DNA from: Gammaproteobacteria bacterium
GTDB taxonomy: Bacteria > Pseudomonadota > Gammaproteobacteria > Eutrophobiales > Eutrophobiaceae
Direction: 5' to 3'
Assembly (NCBI GenBank): GCA_965215365.1
Contig: CBDCDS010000003.1
Coordinates: forward strand, 1,504,001-1,568,000
DNA length: 64,000 nucleotides
Shown here: piece after piece, positions 22,592 through 32,019 of the stretch
Position numbering within the stretch: the first letter of the stretch is position 1
Layout of the letters: each line of letters starts with the position of its first letter
Translations under genes and position numbers: made by a program
The notes under the pieces: model-generated
Seen by the model: the letters and a program-made list of their open reading frames with translations, nothing else
The model's database searches: none
What the model was told of the DNA's origin: nothing

Positions 22592-23430
22592 AGCATGGAT
22601 AGTATCGACGCTATCGTGTCGCGCAACTGGCGCCGATCGGTGATCATATCGATATTCCCATGTTCCAGTAAAAACTCACTTTTCTGAAATTCTTCCGGCA
22701 GCGTCTCGCGCACGGTCTGCTCGATCACGCGTGGCCCGGCAAACCCGATCAGGGCGCCGGGTTCTGCGATGTTGATGTCTCCTAAAGTGCCGATACTTGC
22801 CGAAACACCGCCCATGGTCGGGTGGGTCAACACCGATATGTACGGCAAACCGGCGGCGCGCAGTTTGCCCAGCGCGGCGCTGGTTTTGGCCATCTGGAAC
22901 AGTGCTATCAGTGCCTCTTGCATGCGCGCGCCGCCGCTGGCGGAGAAGCACACCAGCGGCAGACGCTGCTCAATACAGGTATCGACCGCCCGCACCAGAC
23001 GCTCACCGACGACCGAGCCCATGGAGCCACCCATGAATTCAAATTCAAAGGCAGCGACAACTAAGGGCTGGCCCTTGAGTTTGCCCATGAGCACCACCAG
23101 CGCGTCATTCTCGCCGGTGTCCTTGCTGGCGCTGCTCAGGCGATCCTTGTATCTCCTGCTGTCACGAAATTTTAACTTGTCCACCGACATCAGGGCAGCG
23201 CCGATCTCAACCCATTCCTCCGGGTCCAGGAAGCTGTGCAACCGCTCCCGGGCGCCGATACGCATGTGGTGGCCGCACTTGGGGCAGACTTCCAGATTGC
23301 GGGATAGTTCCGCCCGGTACAAGGTGGCATTACAACTGTCGCACTTGGCCCAGACTCCTTCCGGCACCGAACGACGATTGACCGCGCTGGTCTTGATGCG
23401 CGAGGGCAGCAGTCGGTCCAGCCAGCTCAT
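22570..23430 (-). CDS. accD: Acetyl-CoA carboxylase carboxyltransferase beta subunit
   Basis: CxxC...CxxC zinc finger, [18 protein letters not shown]. Confidence 0.96.
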   Translation of the reverse strand: MSWLDRLLPSRIKTSAVNRRSVPEGVWAKCDSCNATLYRAELSRNLEVCPKCGHHMRIGARERLHSFLDPEEWVEIGAALMSVDKLKFRDSRRYKDRLSSASKDTGENDALVVLMGKLKGQPLVVAAFEFEFMGGSMGSVVGERLVRAVDTCIEQRLPLVCFSASGGARMQEALIALFQMAKTSAALGKLRAAGLPYISVLTHPTMGGVSASIGTLGDINIAEPGALIGFAGPRVIEQTVRETLPEEFQKSEFLLEHGNIDMITDRRQLRDTIASILSMLCHHPGS

Positions 23431-24236
23431 GCCGCTTGATCTAACGCCGCGCGCAGCGGCGCAATAAACGCGCCAATCCGGGCCTGCAAGTCGGCCCCTG
23501 CCTGTGCCGCGTCATGGATACGCTCGACCAGGGCGCTGCCCATGACGACAGCATCGCTATGAGGTGCCAGCTGCGCGGCGGTGGCCGCGTCGGTTATCCC
23601 GAAACCGACGGCTAGGGGCAGCTCGGTCATGGCCCTGAGGCTACGCAGTTTCTGCGCCACTTCCTGCGTATCGGGCCGATTCCCGCCGGTGGTCCCCGTC
23701 ACGGACACATAGTACAGAAACCCGGATGCCAGTCCGGCAATGGTCTTGATACACGGCGCGCTGGTAACGGGTGTCACCAGAAAAATCTGGTCGATAGCCC
23801 GGGCGCGCAGCGGCCGGTTAAGCAAGGTCGCCTGTTCCGGCGGCAAGTCCGCGATAATGACCCCGTCAACCCCTGCCGCCGCAGCCTGTTCGGCAAATGT
23901 CTCATAACCGAATACTTCGATGGAGTTCAGGTATCCCATCAACAGCACCGGGGTATGGCTGTCGGCCTGACGAAATCGGGCCACCATCTCCAGCACCTCA
24001 GGCAGCGCAACCCCCTGTGCCAGCGCCCGTTCATGGGCGCGCCGGATGGTCGGCCCATCCGCCCTCGGGTCGGAAGACGGCACCCCGAGTTCCAGCAAAT
24101 CAGCACCATGCCGCACCAGCGCGTGCATGATGTCAAGTGTAGCCGCCGGGTCCGGGTCTCCGGCTGTGACAAAGGTCACCAGAGCTGTTCTGTTGTGCCG
24201 CTTAAGCGTCTGGTATGTGGACGAAATACGACTCAT
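23427..24236 (-). CDS. trpA: Tryptophan synthase alpha chain
   Basis: [37 protein letters not shown]. Confidence 0.92.
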   Translation of the reverse strand: MSRISSTYQTLKRHNRTALVTFVTAGDPDPAATLDIMHALVRHGADLLELGVPSSDPRADGPTIRRAHERALAQGVALPEVLEMVARFRQADSHTPVLLMGYLNSIEVFGYETFAEQAAAAGVDGVIIADLPPEQATLLNRPLRARAIDQIFLVTPVTSAPCIKTIAGLASGFLYYVSVTGTTGGNRPDTQEVAQKLRSLRAMTELPLAVGFGITDAATAAQLAPHSDAVVMGSALVERIHDAAQAGADLQARIGAFIAPLRAALDQAA

Positions 24237-24337
24237 CGGTTGATTGAATGCCAACTCAATATATTCAGGCATAACAGGTTACAGCATTCCGAAGGTAGAG
24301 AACAATCGTTTTTCCGGCCTTGGGGCATGCCTCGCAC

Positions 24338-24594
24338 AGTATTTTCCAATACTGGAATGAGCCTGAAGCGGAGGGAGTCAGCCCCGATCTCAAGCCCGTT
24401 TGTATTCCTGTTCATGCATGGTGGTAAAGAGGTCCCGGCGCGCCTGTTGTAGGGCGGCCGCGTTGTCGCTGACTTGGTAAGCGATCTTATCTAGTATCTC
24501 AAAGCTCAGCTCGGGTTTCAAACAGGCTTGTGCACTAGGCAGCGATTTGAGTTTCTCGTATGGGGTCATGAGGTTCTTGTGGGGGGTAACGTAC
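24338..24594 (-). pseudogene. 3' remnant of an older transposase/integrase gene with a possible element end
   Basis: Minus-strand NLMTPYEKLKSLPSAQACLKPELSFEILDKIAYQVSDNAAALQQARRDLF resembles transposase C-termini (recognised from memory). Confidence 0.55.
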
Positions 24595-25726
24595 TGTCCG
24601 GGTTCAGAAACAAGTGAGACTCTTTAGATAAAGAAATCGGGTAGTCTGTGTGTGAATTAATCTCAACTAATTGACACAGGAGGACTACCCGATGCAGATC
24701 AAAAGCCTGCGGGTGAAATCATATCGCAGTTGGCGCGTCGATGATACTACCGATGCTGACGCGCGCGGTCGTTTGAAGCAGTTGGAATTGGTTGCGACGT
24801 TACGCGAGGATGGGTGTGGTGAGGCGACGGCACTGGCAGCAGTAGGTTGGTCGAGGGCGACCTACTACCGTTGGTTGAAGCGGTATCGTGAACATGGGCT
24901 GAAGGGTCTGGGGTGTGGCTCTCGTGCGCCGCGGCGGCGGCGTGTGCCGCAATGGACGCGCCAGCACGAGCAGCAGGTCTTGCACCTTCGCCAACGTTAT
25001 CCGTTATGGGGTAAGCGTAAGCTCTGGCGGGTGGGGGTGCGCGAGCAGGGCTGGACTTTGAGCGAGAGTACGGTCGGGCGCATCGTGGCGAAGCTGGTGC
25101 GGCTGGGTCGGGTCAAGCCGGTGGCGTTTTACTATGGCCGGGTGAAGCCTAAGCGCCGCCGGGCGTTTACCCATCATGCCAAGCGCTGGCGCTACGGGAT
25201 GAAGGCTAAGGCGCCAGGGGAGTTGATGCAGATAGACCACATGAGTGTCGGCTTCACGGACGGCATCACGGTGAAGGAGTTCAAGGCCGTCTGTCCGGTG
25301 AGCAAATGGAGTGCGCTGCGAGCCTACAGTCGGGCCACCAGTGGCAATGCCCGGCGCTTCTTAAAAGCGCTGCTCGGTGAGGCGCCGTTTCCCATCCGTT
25401 CTATCCAGGTCGATGGCGGCTCGGAGTTCCGAGATGAGTTCGAGCAGGCTTGCCAGGACTTAGGAATCCCCCTGTACGTGCTGCCCCCGAAAAAACCCGA
25501 ATACAACGGCTGTGTAGAACGCGCCAATGCCACCAGCCGCTATGAGTTCTATCCGTTCTACGAGGGCCCACTGACCGTGGCCGCCATCAACCGCAAACTG
25601 GCAGAGTATCAGCAATACTACAATACCTACCGCCCGCATGACGGTATTGGTTTATTAACCCCAATGGAGTATTATCAACAACTCACACAGCCTGCCTCTG
25701 AGTCTCATATGTATTGAACCTGGACA
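24595..25726 (+). mobile_element. IS481-like insertion sequence, copy 1 (1132 bp)
   Basis: TGT...ACA ends, imperfect TIR TGTCC(G/A)GGTTCA..., 6-bp TSD ACGTAC at 24589-24594 and 25727-25732. Confidence 0.9.
24671..25717 (+). CDS. DDE transposase (HTH + integrase core)
   Basis: QID, QVDGGSEF, NGCVERAN, YNTYRPH; ATG alternative at 24692. Confidence 0.92.
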   Translation: MTQEDYPMQIKSLRVKSYRSWRVDDTTDADARGRLKQLELVATLREDGCGEATALAAVGWSRATYYRWLKRYREHGLKGLGCGSRAPRRRRVPQWTRQHEQQVLHLRQRYPLWGKRKLWRVGVREQGWTLSESTVGRIVAKLVRLGRVKPVAFYYGRVKPKRRRAFTHHAKRWRYGMKAKAPGELMQIDHMSVGFTDGITVKEFKAVCPVSKWSALRAYSRATSGNARRFLKALLGEAPFPIRSIQVDGGSEFRDEFEQACQDLGIPLYVLPPKKPEYNGCVERANATSRYEFYPFYEGPLTVAAINRKLAEYQQYYNTYRPHDGIGLLTPMEYYQQLTQPASESHMY

Positions 25727-25767
25727 ACGTACTGGACACCTTGCAGATTTTGATACATAATTCCCAA

Positions 25768-25940
25768 GTGACTACTCGCCCCCTGGTCGTCATTCCCGCG
25801 CATGCGGGAATCTAGTGGAAAAAGTCCCGAAGGGACACTTTATAAGGTGTCGCGAGCGACTGTTTGATCGACTGGATTCCTGCATTCGCAGGAATGACGG
25901 TGAAGAGAGCAGGAATGACAAACGGGGGGCGAGTAGTTAC
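25768..25940. mobile_element. MITE family C with internal REP/dRS3-like hairpins
   Basis: TIRs GTGACTACTCGCCCC / GGGGCGAGTAGTTAC, 8-bp TSD ATTCCCAA, internal GTCATTCCCGCGCATGCGGGAATC and an inverted copy. Confidence 0.8.
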
Positions 25941-26002
25941 ATTCCCAAGCAGAACGAATCCTATGCCTTGGGCTTTGATGAAGATGACAGCCAATTTCGG
26001 AG

Positions 26003-26281
26003 GTGAATATGGCGAATGCTTGTGCATTGAAACAGGTGTCAAATCCAACTGAACAAGTGAAGTTTCAGAAGCGCTTGAGAAAAATACTGGAACTTTTAGG
26101 GCCAAGCATCTGGCTACATTTTTGTGACGATGTTTTTTTGAGGGCTGCATTCGGTAGTGAAGATTTGAGTCGCAAGGCAGATGAGTTTGCGAAACAACAT
26201 AAGTGCTGCTTTTTCTATGATGGGCACGATCGCGGAGGCCGTTTCGGTCGAGCCTACTTCGCTGATGAGGAATCAGAATGA
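26003..26281 (+). CDS. Hypothetical protein
   Basis: GGAGG RBS before ATG 26009; ATGA overlap with the next gene. Confidence 0.45.
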   Translation: MNMANACALKQVSNPTEQVKFQKRLRKILELLGPSIWLHFCDDVFLRAAFGSEDLSRKADEFAKQHKCCFFYDGHDRGGRFGRAYFADEESE

Positions 26282-26613
26282 AAAAATCAGTGTTAGTTAT
26301 AGCCCTAGTTGCCACCTTGGTCCTTGGAGGCTGCACTACTACCAATTCAAGGCCATATCTTCAAACTGAAACCGTATACTTGCAAACAGAGGATGGGCTC
26401 GTGGCCCAGTGCGGCCCGTATATCTATACATCCGCGGACGCACGACGGGATTTACACCGATGGAAGGCTGTTGCAGATGACCTTGCGGATGGCACTGCGG
26501 CTACGGTCAACTACGATCATCGGCTCCGGCAGGCGATGGAGAAAATGCTGAGGCAATGCGTTAATGACTATCTGGTATCAGGGTATCGGCGAATCCCTGC
26601 CCCGCCGAATTAA
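26278..26613 (+). CDS. Hypothetical lipoprotein
   Basis: MKKSVLVIALVATLVLGGC lipobox. Confidence 0.75.
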   Translation: MKKSVLVIALVATLVLGGCTTTNSRPYLQTETVYLQTEDGLVAQCGPYIYTSADARRDLHRWKAVADDLADGTAATVNYDHRLRQAMEKMLRQCVNDYLVSGYRRIPAPPN

Positions 26614-26659
26614 GAGCCTTTTCTAAACCAGTCAATACCTTAAACTAGGAAATTCCGAA

Positions 26660-26734
26660 AAAAATATCGAGAAGTTAATCGAGGAGCATTACCATGAGCT
26701 CAGCAGCGCCTGGGAACGACACTTCAACCTGTGA
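26660..26734 (+). pseudogene. C-terminal remnant of a DUF4160 protein
   Basis: KNIEKLIEEHYHELSSAWERHFNL* overlapping the DUF2442 start, the usual pairing. Confidence 0.6.
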
Positions 26735-26960
26735 AGTTGCGCATATTTCCGCACACGGAATATGGCTGTTCGCACATAACGAGGAATTTTTCATGTCTTA
26801 CGAAGACTTCCCCTGGTTCAAAAAGCAACCCATTGAGGCAGTCCTGAATGTTGAGGAATCATCCCCGGATCATTATTATTGGCCGGCGATTGATGTGGAT
26901 TTAACCAAAGAGATTATCAAAAACCCGGGGCGGTTTCCGCTAAAGGCAAAAGTCAAATAA
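26694..26960 (+). CDS. DUF2442 family protein (putative antitoxin)
   Basis: EVAHISAHGIWL...FPWFK...YWPAIDVDL. Confidence 0.8.
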   Translation: MSSAAPGNDTSTCEVAHISAHGIWLFAHNEEFFMSYEDFPWFKKQPIEAVLNVEESSPDHYYWPAIDVDLTKEIIKNPGRFPLKAKVK

Positions 26961-27232
26961 TGAGGCATCTTGTCGTCTGTGACTACGGTGCCTTCCTGGG
27001 GTTGCACAGTCACCGTCTGGCAGTGCGCCAGGACGACGAAACCAGACACTATCCGCTGAACCGGCTCTGCACTGTCACAGTTGCCAAGCGCGGTGTCAGT
27101 GTATCCAGCGATTTGATCGAGGCATTCAGCCAGCGCGGCATCAAGCTGTTCTTCCTGGATTTTCGTGACGCTGCGCACTCGGCCCTGCTGGGCCCAGTCG
27201 CAACACGGCTACTCGTTGACACGCCGCCATAA
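26960..27232 (+). pseudogene. cas1: CRISPR-associated Cas1, N-terminal fragment
   Basis: LVVCDYGAFLG..RLAV...YPLNRLCTVTV..GVSVSSDLI...RGIKLFFLDFR matches the Cas1 N-terminal beta domain; catalytic domain missing. Confidence 0.75.
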
Positions 27233-27279
27233 CAATCATAGGCTTGAAAGAGTATCGGGTAGTACAACCAACAGGCCCC

Positions 27280-27411
27280 ATGTCTGAAAAATCACAAATT
27301 ATAAGCCCCATATCAATTGACCTTGGCGCCAAGAATACTGGCGTTTACTTTGCGCGCTATGAGGCTGGCAGTTCGATTGAAAATAGTGTTGGCGTTCAGA
27401 TTGAATCATGA
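27280..27411 (+). pseudogene. cas9: Type II-B Cas9 N-terminal (RuvC-I) fragment, 43 aa
   Basis: Manual translation MSEKSQIISPISIDLGAKNTGVYFARYEAGSS resembles the Francisella/Legionella II-B Cas9 start (PIxIDLGxKxTGV). Confidence 0.7.
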
Positions 27412-27929
27412 TCGCCACACCCCCCCGGAGCGGCCAGACACAAAGTAATCCAATGACAGTGTCAAAGTACATTTCACTCTACTCGGCGCTGAACATGATG
27501 GACCCCGGCGGTAACAGCGGTGATTGGCACCCGATAAATCTGCTGTGTGAAAACCTGGACTTTGTTGGTGCAGGACAGGAAGTCGATACTCGGTTATGGT
27601 TTCAGGATAAAGATATTGTCATTTATCCGAACCATGCTTCACTGCCTGAATACTGCCCATCACGGGATTACTGGTCGGGTTTGTCTCCACCATTTATTGC
27701 AGCCAATCATCGACGGGCTGCGGTTGACCTGCTGTATCGTGACTTTTTCATTTGGCAAAAACAAGGCCGGACCGTGGATATGTACGGTTGGATTGACACG
27801 GATGAGCTGATTCAAAGCATCTTTGACGATTTTCAAATCATTGTGGATGATTTATCAACAACATCCTTAAAAATTGACCCGGCAATCTGGCATGGCTACC
27901 AGCGGTGGATTTGGGAAATGGCTGCGTGA
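27408..27929 (+). CDS. Hypothetical protein, putative partner/antitoxin of AbiEii
   Basis: KYISLYSALN...GDWH...ANHRRAAVDLL; GTGA overlap with the AbiEii gene; probable ATG at 27453. Confidence 0.6.
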   Translation: MIATPPRSGQTQSNPMTVSKYISLYSALNMMDPGGNSGDWHPINLLCENLDFVGAGQEVDTRLWFQDKDIVIYPNHASLPEYCPSRDYWSGLSPPFIAANHRRAAVDLLYRDFFIWQKQGRTVDMYGWIDTDELIQSIFDDFQIIVDDLSTTSLKIDPAIWHGYQRWIWEMAA

Positions 27930-28585
27930 CCGATATTCCTGACCGCATTCACCAAAATTTGATACGCACCATCGTCGTGGGGCTAGCGGATACGCCGATG
28001 GTCCTGAAGGGCGGTGCGGCGCTGCTCCTCGTGTATTCGCTGGACCGGCATTCGGTGGATATCGACTATGATTCGCCGGTTAAACCCGATGTGCTGGGCC
28101 GCTTGGATGAGATTATGCGGCGCACACGGATGGACTTCAAAATAATCGACAGGAAGCGCACGGACACAACAAGCAGAATGTTGGTCCACTATCAGACCGG
28201 CAGGGTCAAAAATGGTCTGCTGAAAATAGAAATAAAAAATAACCGATCGATAGATCCTATCCATGTACAATCTAATCCCGGCTTTCGTGTCTATACTATC
28301 GACAAACTATGTGGGCAAAAGCTCAGCGCGATTGCTACTCGTACCAAAGCGCGTGATTTGTACGACTTGGCCCATATTGCCAGAAGTTTCAAAGCGGAAC
28401 TCAGTGATAACAATGTTGCCGAATTACAATCTCTGGCCAAAGACATATCCCTGCGTGAGCGATTTTTTGAAGACTGGCATTATGAAAAGACGACCAGGAA
28501 TAAATCTATTGATGCCATGCTGAACGCGCTTCAAACTGTACTTGAGTCGGGTCATTCACGGGATGACACTGACAAACCCGAATAG
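27926..28585 (+). CDS. AbiEii/DUF1814 nucleotidyltransferase toxin
   Basis: LKGGAAL..VYSLDRHSVDID, KIEI, KLSA..RTKARDLYD. Confidence 0.88.
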   Translation: MTDIPDRIHQNLIRTIVVGLADTPMVLKGGAALLLVYSLDRHSVDIDYDSPVKPDVLGRLDEIMRRTRMDFKIIDRKRTDTTSRMLVHYQTGRVKNGLLKIEIKNNRSIDPIHVQSNPGFRVYTIDKLCGQKLSAIATRTKARDLYDLAHIARSFKAELSDNNVAELQSLAKDISLRERFFEDWHYEKTTRNKSIDAMLNALQTVLESGHSRDDTDKPE

Positions 28586-28652
28586 AGCAGGGAATCCGGC
28601 GAACAATCGGTTCTCACTTTTTTCGAGAAAACAGCTAAAATGGCCGTGTTCG

Positions 28653-29279
28653 TCAGGCAATTTCAGCGGCGCCTGCCACTTCACGTATAAACTCTGTCAT
28701 GGCATGTTTGTCTTTGATGCCTTTAGCAAGTTCCACGCCGCTGCTGACATCGACCGCGGCCGGCCGGCACGCGGCAATGGCCTGACGCACGTTGGCAGCC
28801 GTCAGTCCCCCGGCCAGAATGACGGGCCGGGGCAGGTCGGGCGGGACCCGGCTCCAGTCAAAACGGGTACCCGTGCCGCCGGGCGCAGCTTCGGCATAGC
28901 CGTCCAGCAACAGCGCTGAAGCATCGGCATAACGCGCGCACACCTCGTGCAAATCAAGCCCCGGTTTCATCCTCACGGCCTTGAGGTAAGGCTTGTCGAA
29001 ACCGGCGCAAAAATCGGGGGGCTCATCCCCATGAAACTGGATGACATCCAGCGGCGCAGTTGCCAGTACGGAATGGATGAAGGCCGGGTCGGCATCCACA
29101 AACAGGCCGACCCGGGTGATGAAGGGCGGTAGTCGGGTAATAATGGCGCGGGCGTCGCCCGCTGCCACAAAACGCGGGCTGGGCGGGTAGAACACAAACC
29201 CCAGCGCCTGGGCGCCGGCCGCAGCCGCAGCTAAGGCGTCTTCAACGCGGGTGATGCCGCAGATTTTTACCCTGACCAT
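28653..29279 (-). CDS. trpF: Phosphoribosylanthranilate isomerase
   Basis: VKICGITR, QFHGDE, GGTG, LAGGL, VDVSSGVE. Confidence 0.95.
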   Translation of the reverse strand: MVRVKICGITRVEDALAAAAAGAQALGFVFYPPSPRFVAAGDARAIITRLPPFITRVGLFVDADPAFIHSVLATAPLDVIQFHGDEPPDFCAGFDKPYLKAVRMKPGLDLHEVCARYADASALLLDGYAEAAPGGTGTRFDWSRVPPDLPRPVILAGGLTAANVRQAIAACRPAAVDVSSGVELAKGIKDKHAMTEFIREVAGAAEIA

Positions 29280-29424
29280 AACGATGCGTAAATGCTACAA
29301 ATAACGCCATGCTCGTGCTTCCTGCGCGCGCAGGAAACCGGTGAGCAAGCATTCATAACGACGCGCAGCAGTGATAAATCGTAATGCACTATCGAACCTT
29401 GTATAGTCTGTGGAGACAGATTTT

Positions 29425-30186
29425 TCAGCCCGGCGCCGGGATGCCGTATTTTTCGGGATAATTGACACCGACAAGATACAGCCCGTCCGGCGCTGCGGTG
29501 ACACCGCCACGTTCCCGGCTCCGCGCCGCAAGCACCTCCTGTTCCCAGCCCGGTGCCTGCTTGCCCATGCCGATGGCCATCAACACGCCGGCGATGTTAC
29601 GTACCATGTGGTGCAGAAAGGCGTTCGCCTTGATGATAATCAAGACCTGCTCATTGCTGCGTTCGACGCTGATATCCATAACGTTTCTGACAGGTGATTT
29701 TGCCTGGCAGGATGTTGCCCGGTAGGAGGTAAAATCATGCTCGCCGAGCAGGGACAGGGCGGCCCGGGCCATCTTCCCGGCATCCAGGGGACGGCATTCC
29801 CAGGTGACGCGGGCCTGATCCAGACCGGGGCGGGCGGGCCGATTCAGGATGATGTATTGATAAACGCGGCTCGTTGCCGTGTAACGGGCATGGAAATCCG
29901 CCGGCACGGGCCTGGCCCAAGTCAGGCTGATGTCGGCCGGCAGCCGGGTATTGGCGCCCAGCACCCAGGCATGAAGCGGGCGCGCGGCCTCCGATTCGAA
30001 ATGAATAACCTGATTCAGCGCATGCACCCCTGCGTCGGTCCTGCCGGCGCAGGTGACCACAAGCGAATGGTCGGCAACGGCTGACAACGCGGCTGCTACA
30101 CACTCCTGTACCGAGGTCGCATGTTTTTGCAGTTGCCAGCCGCAATAACGGGACCCGTCATATTCAACGCCTGCGGCAATTTTCAT
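29425..30186 (-). CDS. truA: tRNA pseudouridine(38-40) synthase
   Basis: YDGSRYCGWQ, AGRTDAGVHA, FLHHMVR. Confidence 0.96.
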   Translation of the reverse strand: MKIAAGVEYDGSRYCGWQLQKHATSVQECVAAALSAVADHSLVVTCAGRTDAGVHALNQVIHFESEAARPLHAWVLGANTRLPADISLTWARPVPADFHARYTATSRVYQYIILNRPARPGLDQARVTWECRPLDAGKMARAALSLLGEHDFTSYRATSCQAKSPVRNVMDISVERSNEQVLIIIKANAFLHHMVRNIAGVLMAIGMGKQAPGWEQEVLAARSRERGGVTAAPDGLYLVGVNYPEKYGIPAPG

Positions 30187-30210
30187 TATCCCGACCCGGC
30201 GCCCTTTTTG

Positions 30211-32019
30211 TCATGCCGCGCCCGGGTCGCCATCTGCATCGGCCCGCTGCAGTAACTGCCGGGCCTCTTCCCGTTGCGCCGCGTTGCCCTCTGCCAGAAC
30301 CTCATCCAGTATGGAATGGACGTTCTCGGTATCGCCAAGGTCGAGGTAGGCGCGGGCCAGTTCGAGCTTGTTCCAGACCAGGTCTTCTGCCTCTTCCTCG
30401 TCTTCGGGCTCGGGCTCTTCATTCTGCCCGCCGGCGCGTTCCAGCACGGGAAATTCCAGCTCTTCGACGGCAATATCCTGATCTTTCCGGGTGAAGAGCC
30501 CTAGTTCTTCGGCTTGCTCAGCTTCATCTTTGTCCATGAAGAGTTCCGGTGCTTCGGTGTCCTCGTCCTTATCTTCACCCGCAAAGAATTCCGGTGCTTT
30601 GGCTTCTTCGTCCTTATCCTTGTCGGCGAAGAGTTCCGGTTCTGCAGCTTCCCCGGCCTTGGTTGGTGCCGCGGACATGTCCGTGTTGTTACCGGTGCGC
30701 TTGAGCGCATCGGGGAAATCCGAGCGGATTGAGGCAGCGGGAGATGCCAAACCCTTGGGGTGCGCCGTTTTAATCCGCAACAGCAACCAGCCCAACAGTA
30801 TCAGCAGCGCCAGCACACACGCGGACGCGATGCGCCAGTGACTCCGGGCCAGCTCCGGCAGCGCAGCAAACAAGGCTTGCGCCTGCGCCGGCAAGCCGGG
30901 CCCCGGTTCTGCCTGAGCCTGTATGCGCTGCTCCTGTATCGCAGCCAGTTCATCATCCTTGATTTCAACCAGACGCTTGAGCTCGTCAATGGCACCCTCG
31001 GCTGTGACCAGCCGGTCGGCCAATTCAGTATTTTCCCGGGATAACTGCTCGTTTGCCAGCGTCAGCGCGTGGGTCTGTTGTTGGGCTTGCTCCTCGGCTT
31101 GAGCGGGTGCGCTGACCGCGCCCGCCTGTTGCGCCTCCGGGCTTTCGTCGCTGAGCGGCGCCAGACGTAATTCCGCCGCACTGGCGCGCGCTTGAGGCGA
31201 CTGCTGTGGTTCCGCCGCCAGCGGCGGATAACCACGCGTCAGGCGCCACACGTTGTTTTGCGCCAGCACTTCGGCATAGGCCTGTGCCGCGCTCAGCGCC
31301 TGTAGTTCGGACGCAGCGGGTATCGACAAGGTGGCGCCGGCCCGTAACCAGTTGATATTGTCCTCACTGAAGGCCTGCGGGTTGGCGCGCAACAGGGCCA
31401 ACATCATCTGATTGATGGTGACGGACTGTTGCGGACGCAGCTCGCGGGCAATTTCCCACAAGGTGTCGCCGCGGACTACGTCATAACTGTCAGGTTGCCG
31501 GATAGCTGCGGGAGTATCGTCCGGCTCAGCATCCGCGTTGTCGGTGACGATGAGCAGGTCCGGCCCTGCCGCCGGCGTCGCCGGTTGCGCGGCTGTTTGG
31601 GGCGCCGGCTCGAGCTCCAGGGTATATTCCCGGAACAGGCGGCCCCGTTCCCAGGCGACTGTTAATAAAATATGCAGGCGCGCAACCGGCAACGCCTCAT
31701 CGGTAGAGATGCGAATGGACAGCGCATCGCCGGTGCCGCGTTGCAACTCAAATTGCAAGCGATCCAACGTGGGAGTCCATTCGATGCCGGCCCAGCGGAA
31801 GCCTTCCATATCAGCCAGACTGACGCTGAGGCTGTCGCGCACCTCCGCGGCGATATCGGTCACGGCTATTTCCGCTGCCAGCGGCTCGCCCGGCTCCGAC
31901 TTCAGCGTGACGTTGCCCAGGTTCAGGGCCAGCGCCCAGGCCGGCATCAACAACAGCGGCAGGCCACTCAATACTCTTGTCTTCATCTGTCTCATTGCGT
32001 CTCGCTCATCCGGCCTCAC
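30211..32019 (-). CDS. fimV: FimV/HubP polar landmark protein
   Basis: Signal peptide, LysM YDVVRGDTLWEIA, NPQAF..NIN, acidic tail, KLELARAYLDLGD. Confidence 0.88.
   Translation of the reverse strand: MRPDERDAMRQMKTRVLSGLPLLLMPAWALALNLGNVTLKSEPGEPLAAEIAVTDIAAEVRDSLSVSLADMEGFRWAGIEWTPTLDRLQFELQRGTGDALSIRISTDEALPVARLHILLTVAWERGRLFREYTLELEPAPQTAAQPATPAAGPDLLIVTDNADAEPDDTPAAIRQPDSYDVVRGDTLWEIARELRPQQSVTINQMMLALLRANPQAFSEDNINWLRAGATLSIPAASELQALSAAQAYAEVLAQNNVWRLTRGYPPLAAEPQQSPQARASAAELRLAPLSDESPEAQQAGAVSAPAQAEEQAQQQTHALTLANEQLSRENTELADRLVTAEGAIDELKRLVEIKDDELAAIQEQRIQAQAEPGPGLPAQAQALFAALPELARSHWRIASACVLALLILLGWLLLRIKTAHPKGLASPAASIRSDFPDALKRTGNNTDMSAAPTKAGEAAEPELFADKDKDEEAKAPEFFAGEDKDEDTEAPELFMDKDEAEQAEELGLFTRKDQDIAVEELEFPVLERAGGQNEEPEPEDEEEAEDLVWNKLELARAYLDLGDTENVHSILDEVLAEGNAAQREEARQLLQRADADGDPGAA

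Noticed and set aside
26600-27450. Possible CRISPR array or tracrRNA near the cas fragments
   Set aside because: No regularly spaced direct repeats are visible here or elsewhere in the window.
30480-30650. Acidic repeats (PE(L/F)FxxxDKDE) in fimV
   Set aside because: Low-complexity acidic tracts are normal for FimV/HubP.
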